The position numbers were made by a program, and so were the translations under genes. 64,000 nt of DNA from a virus (Duplodnaviria; Heunggongvirae; Uroviricota; Caudoviricetes), in IMG/VR virus record IMGVR_UViG_3300032167_000057, positions 4,886-68,885 of that record; one strand, written 5' to 3'. Positions 9,228-19,068 of this stretch are shown piece by piece. Below the pieces are notes generated by a model, which did not search any database, was not told where the DNA came from, and saw nothing but the letters and a program-made list of their open reading frames with translations. Each line of letters begins with the position of its first letter. Positions within the stretch are counted from its first letter, which is position 1.

Positions 9228-9921
9228 GTCCTATATCATCTTTAAACACAAATGTTCTATTACGTTTAGCCCAACTATTTAAACCAGTATCAAACCATAA
9301 AGCACCATCAGTAGTATCTTCAAATAAAAAAGCATATTCAATTGCTAACACTGTAGAATAATCGATTTCAGTACGATGATAAGCAAACTGATTCTTACGA
9401 GTGATAACTTTACTCAAAGAGCCATTAATATCCGAAAATTCTGTATTAGCAACTCTATTTAATATAACATTGGCCACATTAACTTTAGAATCAAAATCGC
9501 CGTCATGTGTTTCTGTCTCTACCGCTCTTTGGAATAACTCAATCTCTTCATCTGTATATTCATCATAGACAGAATGAAACGGCATAACATACTCATCATA
9601 GTCTCGATATGCTTTTTTATATGCTAAAATATATGCTTGTCTATCATATTCTTTAATTGATTCTAGTGATGTAATTAACTCATTAAACTCTTGAATTTTT
9701 TTCTGTGCTTGAACTTGTTTAAGCTCCTGTAAAGTCGGTAACTGTTCTACTGTTCGTGTTTGCACTATCGGATAAGTAGAAATATGCGGTAAAATATCTA
9801 CAGGAGTAAATACAAAACGTAAAATTAATTGTATCCAGAACACCTGAAGAAGAATAATATTCAATATTTTATACATTTTTTCATTTAATTGAAGTGTTGG
9901 TAAATATCTACTTATGCTCAT
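9211..9921 (-). CDS. SleB-like cell-wall hydrolase (Hydrolase_2 family) with N-terminal TM anchor
   Basis: N-terminal hydrophobic helix. C-terminal VNVANVILNRVANTEFSDINGSLSKVITRKNQFAY matches the SleB/CwlJ core (vA.vvlNRv....fp.ti..Vv...gQF). Confidence 0.6.
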   Translation of the reverse strand: MSISRYLPTLQLNEKMYKILNIILLQVFWIQLILRFVFTPVDILPHISTYPIVQTRTVEQLPTLQELKQVQAQKKIQEFNELITSLESIKEYDRQAYILAYKKAYRDYDEYVMPFHSVYDEYTDEEIELFQRAVETETHDGDFDSKVNVANVILNRVANTEFSDINGSLSKVITRKNQFAYHRTEIDYSTVLAIEYAFLFEDTTDGALWFDTGLNSWAKRNRTFVFKDDIGHVFYK

Positions 9922-9945
9922 TCAGGCCTCCTTTGATACATAAAT

Positions 9946-10284
9946 TTACTCTTTTTTTATTTGAAAACTACGTATGATTATATGGTCGGGTAGTGGAGTC
10001 GCATCAAATTCTGAATATGCCCATCCCTCATCACCCCAATATAGAGTGCCATATGATATATCTTGTGTATTAATGTTTAAATACGTAATATCATAATATC
10101 CCGCTTCTGTTGGTATATAGGGTGCATACCATCTATCAGATTCTGGTTGGGGTTCATAATTATCATTGTCACCTTTATAACCTATCATCATGCGACAATT
10201 CGCACATTTTGGACTTAAATAATCGGTTTTTGTGTAATAACCACATGAAACACATGTACCACTTTCATTTGTTCCTTTACTCAT
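9946..10284 (-). CDS. hypothetical protein with N-terminal zinc-ribbon
   Basis: CVSCGYY...CANC motif; 112 aa. Confidence 0.4.
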   Translation of the reverse strand: MSKGTNESGTCVSCGYYTKTDYLSPKCANCRMMIGYKGDNDNYEPQPESDRWYAPYIPTEAGYYDITYLNINTQDISYGTLYWGDEGWAYSEFDATPLPDHIIIRSFQIKKE

Positions 10285-10286
10285 AG

Positions 10287-10832
10287 TTACCTCTCCTTAT
10301 CAATAATTCGTACCAGACGTTCTACTCCTTCTTCTAAAGTGCCATGATTTAAAATCCTGTACCAAATCAAGTTACTTTTTTCAAATTCGGTAAATTGCTG
10401 GTTTTCTGATTCATAGCGTTGTAAGTAAGAATCAATATTATCTTTTCTTTTTTTAGCCCGTTCAATTCCTTTAGTTTTACTTACTGTGATATAAATAGGT
10501 ATTAATTCAATATCTAATTCTTTTGTTTTCTCACTAAGTTCGTAATAACCATTAGGGTCAATAATGTAGATATCGCACTCCATTAATTGAGAGTATGTAC
10601 AAAAATATTGATAACCATTAATAACGGTGTATGCCATAATATCATCTCGATATTTATCTACTTCATCTTCGGTAATAAAAATATGGTCTGTTTCACCGTC
10701 CAGTTCGGCTGGTCTAGGAGGTCGTGTGGTATAAGAAGTAAGAATGGTTAAACCTAACTGTTTAGCTGCTTCTTTTGACAAGGTGGACTTCCCACTACTG
10801 CTTCTTCCCATTACACAAAATATTTTTTTCAT
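10287..10832 (-). CDS. guanylate kinase-like P-loop nucleotide kinase
   Basis: Walker A GRSSSGKSTL, and TTRPPRPAELDGETDHIFITEDE, which matches the guanylate kinase motif (TTRxPRxGEvdGxdYxFv). Confidence 0.7.
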   Translation of the reverse strand: MKKIFCVMGRSSSGKSTLSKEAAKQLGLTILTSYTTRPPRPAELDGETDHIFITEDEVDKYRDDIMAYTVINGYQYFCTYSQLMECDIYIIDPNGYYELSEKTKELDIELIPIYITVSKTKGIERAKKRKDNIDSYLQRYESENQQFTEFEKSNLIWYRILNHGTLEEGVERLVRIIDKER

Positions 10833-10833
10833 C

Positions 10834-11082
10834 TTATTTCTCCTTATAGAAAAATGGCTGTAACTGTGAGTTAAATCTTTCTAATACTGTCTCATCGTCA
10901 GAATCTAATGTTACTTCTACTGGCTCTTTACCACCTAATAAAATAACACCTAAAATTGATTTAGCATCAAAAGTTTTACCATTACGAGTAATAAAAGCTT
11001 TTTCTGCAAAAGAAGTAATAATATTAGCAAATTCCTGAATATCAGAAATTTTGTTTAAATATAAAGTAACTGTATTTTTCAT
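10834..11082 (-). CDS. HPr-like phosphocarrier-fold protein lacking the catalytic His15
   Basis: NGKTFDAKSILGVILLGGKEPVEV aligns to HPr NGKTVNLKSIMGVMSLG..GAEI, so the Ser46 region is conserved. The His15 region (GIHARPA) is replaced by ISDIQEFA, so there is no His. Confidence 0.65.
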   Translation of the reverse strand: MKNTVTLYLNKISDIQEFANIITSFAEKAFITRNGKTFDAKSILGVILLGGKEPVEVTLDSDDETVLERFNSQLQPFFYKEK

Positions 11083-11209
11083 AATTTGTTCTCCTCTCTC
11101 AACATAGTTTAGTAGTTCATTCGACTACATTATACAATTTTATTTCTATGTTGTGCAATATTTTTTTGTAGTTGCTTCAATTTTATTTTGCACTTAGTTA
11201 AATTTAGAA

Positions 11210-11755
11210 TTATTTTATCTTGTAACAATTCCAAATAACGGGTAATAATACCGTATCGCGTGCATGTAGCCAAGGTTTAGTTGTATCGCCAAAAGCGCCA
11301 TGTTCAGTTATCTGTACAAAATCGCCATGAACAATCTCAATCTTATAATCATTTATATTGTTATAAAAATCTTCTGGAATTTTTGTGCGGTCATGAGTTT
11401 GACCAAATAAGATATTATTCAGAACTTTAGAATAAAGATAAATAACAAATGTTGCTGTACCATCATGTGTAATGCGTTCAGAAGTTACATACTCAAAATC
11501 TGCATCGGGGTCATATTTGAGATGAATATTATAATTGGTAAGATGAAGCAGTTCTCCTACTTCATTCATCATTTCTCCTTCAGGTACTGTAACAATTATC
11601 TCATGAGTATCTTGATACCTTGTAATCACTTTGTTCGGTAAAAAATTCTGTGCCATTTCAAAAAAGGGTAATGAATGTATATTATAATCATCAGTCAATT
11701 GATAAGTATAATTGGGAGAATGTATTCGTTGTTGTACAAATCTTAATGAATTCAT
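11210..11755 (-). CDS. hypothetical protein
   Basis: 181 aa minus-strand ORF in the tightly packed operon; no motif recognised. Confidence 0.4.
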   Translation of the reverse strand: MNSLRFVQQRIHSPNYTYQLTDDYNIHSLPFFEMAQNFLPNKVITRYQDTHEIIVTVPEGEMMNEVGELLHLTNYNIHLKYDPDADFEYVTSERITHDGTATFVIYLYSKVLNNILFGQTHDRTKIPEDFYNNINDYKIEIVHGDFVQITEHGAFGDTTKPWLHARDTVLLPVIWNCYKIK

Positions 11756-11934
11756 CTAATTTCCTCCTCTTTATCAGGTATTTGGATTGACAATCGTGCA
11801 ATTTCTTTAATTGCTTGTAAATATGGACAATGTTCTAATTCTATCTCACTAGCGTTACAATAGCCTAATGAAGCTTTGCGGCAATATCTATGATATGCCA
11901 TATTACATTTACTAGGTGTCATCTGTACCTCCAA
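11752..11934 (-). CDS. small Cys-rich protein
   Basis: 60 aa with Cys/His spaced in a zinc-binding-like pattern; its stop overlaps the next gene's start. Confidence 0.3.
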   Translation of the reverse strand: MEVQMTPSKCNMAYHRYCRKASLGYCNASEIELEHCPYLQAIKEIARLSIQIPDKEEEIR

Positions 11935-11943
11935 GGCAATATA

Positions 11944-12741
11944 TTAATTAATTCTACTAATCTGTTCATATAGAAGAATATCTTTATCGTTTACAACATA
12001 ATTAATATGCATATGTCCACATAGGTGTTTATTAAACTCTGTCTTTTGTCGCACTTCCTCTAAATATGTAGTTAATATATCTTGGTTATATAAACCATGA
12101 CCCAATAGTGCAATTACACTAGCAGAAGGGCTATGTGTAATAATATAATCAACCTTATAATTATGTTTTCTTAAATTATTCCACCCATTCTGCATTTCTT
12201 CTTCTGAAGGAAGTTCGTGCTCCCACCAAGACAATCCTTTAATTTGATACATATATTTACCTTGCTTATCTAATGCCTTTGCTTTATCTCTCCAATCTTC
12301 ATCTTCATAATCAAGAATACCGTCTGAAATATCGTGAGAACTTGCACCGCCAAAAGCAAAGAATTTTTTATCTTCTATTGTAAATATTTCCCCTCTTCTT
12401 AATCGTAAAACGTGAGGACGTAGTTCATTAACCAATCCCCCATTCCATTCTTTAATTGGGAATGTGTCTAAACGAGGGATATTGTCATGATTACCATCTA
12501 CAAAAATAGTGGTAAACGGTTTTTCTTCTAACCAATCTAACAAATATTTTTCCTGTCTGGTTTCTTCTCTGTGCCATATAATTCCAAAATCACCAAGAAT
12601 AATGACTACATTTTCATCTTTATTGCCGCTAAACCCCTTTTGTTCATAAAAATTATCTGTACTAAATCTAACGGGGTTACCATGTATATCTCCCGTTACC
12701 CAAATAGACATAATAATCACCTCTTTTCTGTGTATAGACAT
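11944..12741 (-). CDS. calcineurin-like metallophosphoesterase (Ser/Thr phosphatase family)
   Basis: Motifs VTGDIHGN, GDFGIIW (GDxxDRG-like) and GNHDN. Confidence 0.75.
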   Translation of the reverse strand: MSIHRKEVIIMSIWVTGDIHGNPVRFSTDNFYEQKGFSGNKDENVVIILGDFGIIWHREETRQEKYLLDWLEEKPFTTIFVDGNHDNIPRLDTFPIKEWNGGLVNELRPHVLRLRRGEIFTIEDKKFFAFGGASSHDISDGILDYEDEDWRDKAKALDKQGKYMYQIKGLSWWEHELPSEEEMQNGWNNLRKHNYKVDYIITHSPSASVIALLGHGLYNQDILTTYLEEVRQKTEFNKHLCGHMHINYVVNDKDILLYEQISRIN

Positions 12742-12788
12742 TAAACCAAACCCGTTGTGAATAATCTTCTTTAGCGTGGTTCAAGAGT

Positions 12789-13184
12789 TTATATCTGTCT
12801 CGTTTTTTCATTTTTCTTTCCTCTATAATTATAACAATCAATTTTTTTATTAAGTTCTTCATATAAAGGATGATTGACACCAATTATAATACCTAATTCT
12901 TCTAGTCCATCTTCTGAATTGAAACAATAATAAAAACGCTTGTTATCATTTTGTATTGCGCGCGCCTGTTCTGCTGTTAGATTCATGTTTTTTATCCTCA
13001 TTTTTCTATCTTCAATTATTTCACTCATACCAAAAAATAGAGTTCCGATGCCCGCCCCAACAGCATAAGCATATGTTACTATATCTGTACGACTTAGTAC
13101 TACACCTGAGCAAATCATATAAAGTAAGAACCCGCCCCAACGTAATAGATACCAACCAATTGTTTTATTATTAATTTTTTTCAT
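12789..13184 (-). CDS. membrane protein
   Basis: 131 aa with two or three hydrophobic helices. Confidence 0.4.
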   Translation of the reverse strand: MKKINNKTIGWYLLRWGGFLLYMICSGVVLSRTDIVTYAYAVGAGIGTLFFGMSEIIEDRKMRIKNMNLTAEQARAIQNDNKRFYYCFNSEDGLEELGIIIGVNHPLYEELNKKIDCYNYRGKKNEKTRQI

Positions 13185-13518
13185 AAATATAATCCTCCGT
13201 CCCTCTTAACGACTGTTTCATCATTTCGCAAAAATCCAATATAAATTCTTCTAATCCGTCAACTCGATGCTCTAAATAACGTAAACCACAACTCTCAAAT
13301 TCAAATCCGTATTCTTTTGAATTCCAAGTTAAAGTTGCTATAGTGAAACAATGTCTGTAGCTTATTCGTTTTTCGCCAGTATAAAAATCTGTAACTTCAT
13401 GTGGTATATGGTCTTCCCATTTAATCAAATCAAATTTAAACGGTTCAAAATGACCATCTAAATATGTGGGTGCTCTGAATTGAAAACCATTCCATTCTTC
13501 TGTATATACTCTTACCAT
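13171..13518 (-). CDS. hypothetical protein
   Basis: 115 aa ORF, translationally coupled to its neighbours. Confidence 0.4.
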   Translation of the reverse strand: MVRVYTEEWNGFQFRAPTYLDGHFEPFKFDLIKWEDHIPHEVTDFYTGEKRISYRHCFTIATLTWNSKEYGFEFESCGLRYLEHRVDGLEEFILDFCEMMKQSLRGTEDYIYEKN

Positions 13519-13797
13519 TTATTCCTCCACAATCTGTGTAAAAGTGAATTTTGTGTTCTTAGTGGTTACTACTATTTGATTAGCAGGCCAGTTGTCTAAA
13601 TAAACCACATCACAAACTGTAGAAGTATGTATTCTATGCATGTCATCTAAACAGTTATTAGTCTGATATAAAAACCAACCTCTTTCACCCACATTGAAAT
13701 AAGCCAAATAACATGTACATCCAGCCAAATCAAGATATAACGGGTTAGGACGATTAAATTCTTCTATTCTATCTAAACGATATTTTTTACTGTACAT
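13519..13797 (-). CDS. hypothetical protein
   Basis: 92 aa ORF whose stop abuts the next gene's start. Confidence 0.4.
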   Translation of the reverse strand: MYSKKYRLDRIEEFNRPNPLYLDLAGCTCYLAYFNVGERGWFLYQTNNCLDDMHRIHTSTVCDVVYLDNWPANQIVVTTKNTKFTFTQIVEE

Positions 13798-14206
13798 TTT
13801 TCTTATTCTCCTTTAATTGCTGTTTATATTGACGTATAACTTCATATGTAATAGTTCTAATGTTTGCATGGGCTTGATAATAGCAATCTATTTTTTGTAA
13901 TTTGTTACAATCAGTTTCAAAAGCGTATCCTGCGCTACATTCATATTCAACTCTTGAAAATTCTTGCCAACAGATTATTGAATCAATTTCTTTTACAAGA
14001 GCTTCAAAACCTTCAAAGGTTTTTTCATATGGATGATAAGATTTATACGTAAAATTTTTGGGATTGCGTAAATATTTTTTTACCGCTTTCTCAGTATGTT
14101 TTTGTACATGATAATTATCAAATATATTAAACATTTCTACTCTGTGTTTATTCACATGATAATTGAGAACATAAAATTCAAATATCATATCCACACCTAC
14201 TTTCAT
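13787..14206 (-). CDS. hypothetical protein
   Basis: 139 aa ORF. Confidence 0.4.
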   Translation of the reverse strand: MKVGVDMIFEFYVLNYHVNKHRVEMFNIFDNYHVQKHTEKAVKKYLRNPKNFTYKSYHPYEKTFEGFEALVKEIDSIICWQEFSRVEYECSAGYAFETDCNKLQKIDCYYQAHANIRTITYEVIRQYKQQLKENKKNVQ

Positions 14207-14458
14207 TTTCGTTTACTACCGACAAATTCTTGTAAATAGCCGTATACACATCGGAGATAAAATAACGAATATATACATTTAATTCTCCTCAAATACTTCT
14301 TTTACAATTATTAATTCATCTACAAAATGGTTATTTTCAAAATATGAAATTCTAATACTATCCCCTAATTTATCAACTACCCAATTATCATTTTCATAAA
14401 GTCTTTCCACTGTTGTGTTTTTACCCTCTGTATTATATTTTAAAACCATTTATTTCTC

Positions 14459-14815
14459 CTATTTTAATGAAACAATTCGATATTTTTTCGTGCCATCATC
14501 ATAACTACGAACTTCCAAACTACCTGTACACACTTCTCCAACCTTATCTTTATATTTATTATAAGTTGAACTACCACTCATTACATAATTGATACCGTCA
14601 TATTCAACAGTGATACGATATACAGCAGGATGAGATTTAGTCATTGGCATTTTTAACGTGACATTATATTGAACCGTTGTGTAACTAGGTTTGTAATATT
14701 CATCAATAATATTGACTTCCACTTCTTTATATTCTGTGTTAATGCATTTAGTACAACCTGCTAAAATACAAAGATGTATCAATAATAATAAAAATAATGT
14801 AATATATTTTTTCAT
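14459..14815 (-). CDS. putative lipoprotein
   Basis: Signal peptide followed by a lipobox-like LAGC (LLLLIHLCILAGCTK). Confidence 0.5.
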   Translation of the reverse strand: MKKYITLFLLLLIHLCILAGCTKCINTEYKEVEVNIIDEYYKPSYTTVQYNVTLKMPMTKSHPAVYRITVEYDGINYVMSGSSTYNKYKDKVGEVCTGSLEVRSYDDGTKKYRIVSLK

Positions 14816-15187
14816 TTATGAATTCCTCAATTGTAATTGTATATAATCGTATATCGCTTTTTCAGGAAATGTATTACATTCGATAATGTCAAAGATTTGC
14901 ATACCACATACGCCAAGCATAAAAAACATGACCACACAGAACAATCCCCACTCCATACCATACCAATCACCCCAAATATGTATACAGATTGTAATTACCA
15001 AAGAAACAACCATGATTACACACGCTATAATTATCCAAGCCATAGAAGTTCCTACTTCCCACTTAATAAATTTTTCAGCTAATTGGGTAATATAAGGAAG
15101 AACATTCTCACCCGTCCAATCAATTGTTAATCCAATTTTACTTCCTAAATATTCTAATATTTTAATTACTTCATCACTTAACTGCAT
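14816..15187 (-). CDS. membrane protein
   Basis: 123 aa with two or three TM helices; its stop abuts the lipoprotein start. Confidence 0.4.
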   Translation of the reverse strand: MQLSDEVIKILEYLGSKIGLTIDWTGENVLPYITQLAEKFIKWEVGTSMAWIIIACVIMVVSLVITICIHIWGDWYGMEWGLFCVVMFFMLGVCGMQIFDIIECNTFPEKAIYDYIQLQLRNS

Positions 15188-15200
15188 GTAATATCACCTC

Positions 15201-15701
15201 TTATCTATATTTATCCAACACCTTTTCTTCATTACTGTAAACTTGTTGTGCAGCTTTTTCTTGGGCCGACATTTTTTGTGTCTGTTTCGTATGAAATTCT
15301 GTAACCACTTTATTACTCCAATCATTCATTAAATCAATAAACTGGTTAGGCATATAATGAATAATTTTTTTATTACTGCAATCCCATCGTCTATAAATTC
15401 TACTATCAAGTCCCATATCTAATTCAAATTGGTATTCTGCCATCTGAATTCCTTCCACATATGTTTTAACTTCCATACTATAAAAATGGGAATAAGCACC
15501 AAGATGATGGTGGAGATAAGGTATTTTTAGCACAAGAACATCATTCAAACGAATGGCCTCATTAACATGTGATACACAATTACATACCGATTTTAAATCA
15601 ATATTGTTAGAATAGATTGTTATAGCTTCGGCCAACAATCCTCTATCCAATTTATGATATTTTGCTTTTTTCTTTTTAAATAAATTCATCTTTTTCTCCA
15701 A
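15201..15701 (-). CDS. hypothetical protein
   Basis: 166 aa ORF. Confidence 0.4.
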   Translation of the reverse strand: MEKKMNLFKKKKAKYHKLDRGLLAEAITIYSNNIDLKSVCNCVSHVNEAIRLNDVLVLKIPYLHHHLGAYSHFYSMEVKTYVEGIQMAEYQFELDMGLDSRIYRRWDCSNKKIIHYMPNQFIDLMNDWSNKVVTEFHTKQTQKMSAQEKAAQQVYSNEEKVLDKYR

Positions 15702-15705
15702 TCTG

Positions 15706-16077
15706 CTAGTACATATAACAGAGCCATGTTCCCACTATCTGTAGCAGATGTAGACTTTGGTCTGTAACTAAATTTATTTTCTTCTGATTTGCCTTTAAAT
15801 CATCTATAAACATATGCGCTATGACATTTACAATAAAAAGTGATATGCTCCAGTTTCCGCCATATAAGATTAAATACAAGGTAGGAAGTAATGTAATACT
15901 AAATGCCCAACTAAAACTATGCATGAATAATGCCATTATGTAATCGTGCTTATATAAAGGTTTTGTATTCTCCCACCACTCTTTTTGTTTCATAGCCGCT
16001 AAACAACCTTGTAAGTAATAATCATCAACTATATGACAGAAAATCATACCTATCAAAAATAGAATCTTATAATCCAT
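15706..16077 (-). CDS. membrane protein with His/Asp motifs
   Basis: 123 aa with about 3 TM helices. Conserved-looking HIVDDYY and HMFIDD motifs. Confidence 0.4.
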   Translation of the reverse strand: MDYKILFLIGMIFCHIVDDYYLQGCLAAMKQKEWWENTKPLYKHDYIMALFMHSFSWAFSITLLPTLYLILYGGNWSISLFIVNVIAHMFIDDLKANQKKINLVTDQSLHLLQIVGTWLCYMY

Positions 16078-16474
16078 ATTTCTTGTTAATCCTCTTTATT
16101 ATTTGTCAATTCCTTAATTAAATTAGTTGGGTCGTACTTGGAATTATAAACAACCTTTCCTTTATCATTTGTTACAACATAAAAATCTTCATATTCTGTT
16201 CTACCCCAACAATCATAACCATCTGCTCTTCTTTCTATTGTTACTTTTACTCCCACAAAAATCACCTCAATTCAAAATCAAGTTCTGTTTTTATTTAGAA
16301 GAACTAAACGCCAATATATTCTGGCAGTATCTCTAATATCTTATTTATTTCTTCTAATATTGCTTCATCAACTTCTTCTCTTTTTATATCGTTATTATCT
16401 TCAATATTAATTTTTAAGGGTGGTGGTGTAATCATATTTTTACCTCCATTTTCCCAACCAAAGTGTTATTTTAT

Positions 16475-17263
16475 TTACTCAAATACCGATTTAAAAGCTT
16501 CTAAATTACCATCTCTACCACTTGGAATTGCGAATACAACTTTTCTAAAACAATTCTTATACGTTGTTTCTAAACACTCCTTAAAAATCATTGCGACTTC
16601 TACAGGATTCTGTCCGAACACACCACAACCATATGCCCCTAAGATAAGTACTTCCACTTCATTATCCTTTGCAATATCAAGTACAAATTTAATTCTTGAT
16701 TTTAAAACTTTTGTATTCTCTGTATCAGAAACATTCTGATACTTTTGCGCCGCTGATTTGTTGGGAGCTGCACATGTAATTACGTCACGATAGATTTCAG
16801 ACCCATCATATTGAAATACAATATTCGGGGTATATAAACCACGATTCAAATATAACGCTTTGTTCTTATGCTGATTATTCCAATCATAAAAATCTTTAAC
16901 AAACTGAGATAGAACATTATATAAGTAAGAATCATGACACAAACATTCTTCCTGCGCTTTACTACCATTAAGAAACATACCACCAGGATTCTTGTATGAT
17001 GAAAAATTTAGTAATGCAGTTTTACCATCTGAGTATTTACCGGATGCCATAACCGTATCCGCATCTGCAACTATGATTTTTGTAGGTTCTTCTAATTCGT
17101 TTACAATATCTCCGTTACATATAAAATCAGTATCATAAATTTTAGTATTCTTGATGGATTGTGTAATTTTATCTCCGTGTAATTTCTGCATTTCAGTAGT
17201 ATGTTTTCTTGCTCTCTGTGCTCTTTGGTCTTTGTTTTCCCAATATTCTTTTATATATGCCAT
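16475..17263 (-). CDS. bacterial-type poly(ADP-ribose) glycohydrolase-like macrodomain protein (DUF2263/TIGR02452-like)
   Basis: NPGGMFLNGSKAQEE matches the PARG signature GGG-x(6-8)-QEE. LILGAYGCGVFGQNP is the macrodomain diphosphate-binding loop. Confidence 0.6.
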   Translation of the reverse strand: MAYIKEYWENKDQRAQRARKHTTEMQKLHGDKITQSIKNTKIYDTDFICNGDIVNELEEPTKIIVADADTVMASGKYSDGKTALLNFSSYKNPGGMFLNGSKAQEECLCHDSYLYNVLSQFVKDFYDWNNQHKNKALYLNRGLYTPNIVFQYDGSEIYRDVITCAAPNKSAAQKYQNVSDTENTKVLKSRIKFVLDIAKDNEVEVLILGAYGCGVFGQNPVEVAMIFKECLETTYKNCFRKVVFAIPSGRDGNLEAFKSVFE

Positions 17264-17677
17264 ACTTTATCTCCTATCAAACTTTGTTTTTATTTACTAT
17301 CAAGTGCTCTAAATTGTTTCTTTTCGATGCTAAATGTTTCACATATTAAACTCATAGCGGCAACCAAATCTTCATAATAACCACCGTAACTAAGCTCATC
17401 TAATTCGTCTGCAAGACAATCTAAATTGTCAACTATTTCATATGGTGTCATAATTATCCTCCTTATCAAAGATTTATTTTATCTAGTTTCTTTATACCCG
17501 CCATTAAAATAAAATTGTGCCCATTCACAATTCAAAATTTGATGTTTAGACAATATAATCCAATCAGCTTCTCCATCTTTATTTATATAATTGCAGATAT
17601 AACTATCATGCTCTGTGTCGTTTCTAATATCTTCAAGCGTCATCACATCAATCCCTTCTCCTGACCAAACGTTAATT

Positions 17678-17935
17678 TTATAGCGGTAAGTCTCTTGTAT
17701 CTATTCCATCATCTTCAATATTTAACCAATCCAAGATAACTTTAGCACTATCATCCATTGTAAAATTTGTTTCAGATACAAGTTCTTCTGCCTCTGTGTA
17801 TAAATCATCTAATTCCATAGATATCATATCCCAAGAAAAAAACATTCCTGCATGAAGGTCAACATTCCTAATACATTCTCTTGCAGTTTCAAGTCCACAA
17901 TCTATTCCTATTTCCAATGCTTCTTTTAATTTCAT
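17678..17935 (-). CDS. small acidic protein
   Basis: 85 aa with strong Asp/Glu bias. Confidence 0.35.
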   Translation of the reverse strand: MKLKEALEIGIDCGLETARECIRNVDLHAGMFFSWDMISMELDDLYTEAEELVSETNFTMDDSAKVILDWLNIEDDGIDTRDLPL

Positions 17936-18186
17936 AGCTTACTCCAAAATCAAATATTAGTTTGATTCTTTTAAATCAAATCCTAACTCTTTAAGATGTT
18001 GATGGATTTTAAGTTTTTCGTTTACTATTACTTCGTCGGTGGGGTCACTTATATAATTCATCAAAGAATCCCAAATCGTATTAAAAATATCTACTCTATA
18101 TTTTTTATATAATTCATAATTCTTATCACTCATCATTTCTCCAATAAAAGCAAAATTCTATTGCTGTTTTCTATCTAAAATACTCT

Positions 18187-18501
18187 TTAGTATCCTAATA
18201 TATCCTTAATTGGCAATAACGTTTCCACTGAAACTCCATCTTTTTCTTCATCCAAAGTTAAAACATAACCTTGTTTTTCAATGTCGTATAACTTACTAAC
18301 AACATTGTTCAATTCTTCAAGCCTATTAGCCACGTCATGACACATGACAGACCAATTGTTTTCACAAGTTCCTACTCTATCGTTTTTATGTTTTTCTGCT
18401 AATCTTCTTAATTCATTAATCATTCTTTCTGTATTCATATAGGTCACCTCATTAAATGCCAAAGTTCTTTGACGGTGCAGTAAATGAAAATTTCTTACCA
18501 C
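18187..18501 (-). CDS. hypothetical protein
   Basis: 104 aa ORF. Confidence 0.4.
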   Translation of the reverse strand: MVRNFHLLHRQRTLAFNEVTYMNTERMINELRRLAEKHKNDRVGTCENNWSVMCHDVANRLEELNNVVSKLYDIEKQGYVLTLDEEKDGVSVETLLPIKDILGY

Positions 18502-18634
18502 ACTTACAACAAGTTTCTGTAATAGTACATGTCTTATTTACATCATCATATTTACAATCTGTATCATTACTTTTGAATTTATGATTTGTTAATCCGCATA
18601 AAAACTGTTTGATTTTCTTCATTTCTACCTCCAT
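18452..18634 (-). CDS. small Cys-rich protein
   Basis: 60 aa with a CKYDDVNKTCTITETCCKCGKKF motif. Confidence 0.3.
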   Translation of the reverse strand: MEVEMKKIKQFLCGLTNHKFKSNDTDCKYDDVNKTCTITETCCKCGKKFSFTAPSKNFGI

Positions 18635-18655
18635 TTTCTCAATAAAAGAGTTGTT

Positions 18656-19066
18656 TTATCCAATCCACTCCTCGCACTTAAAACCATTCTCGTTCAACCA
18701 ATCAGCTACCAAATGTCTATGACAGAAATCAGAAGGTTTTTCATAACAAATCAGACACACATCTTTCTCACCAATATTGTAGTCATACGATAATCTTGAA
18801 AAATCTAAAACAACATCCGTTGCGTTCAGCTTATCTAACACTTGCTCATTAAAGCATTTAATATAGTAGTCGTTATCATGATTCTCTTTCCATTTCATAA
18901 AAAAGTCATACTTTGGTGCTAACTTCTTATACTGCAATCCCTTATACCAATCAGGTGCTTTGCCACAAATTGAGATTGGTACAATGTTATCTGGTAATGA
19001 TTTTAATTTTGCAAAATAACTTGTATATATCATTTTCTTCTCCTCCTGATAAAATGAAAATTTCAT
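18656..19066 (-). CDS. hypothetical protein (conserved-looking YTSYFA N-terminus)
   Basis: 136 aa: MIYTSYFAKLKSL...PISICGKAPDWY. I cannot place the family. Confidence 0.4.
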   Translation of the reverse strand: MKFSFYQEEKKMIYTSYFAKLKSLPDNIVPISICGKAPDWYKGLQYKKLAPKYDFFMKWKENHDNDYYIKCFNEQVLDKLNATDVVLDFSRLSYDYNIGEKDVCLICYEKPSDFCHRHLVADWLNENGFKCEEWIG

Positions 19067-19068
19067 GA

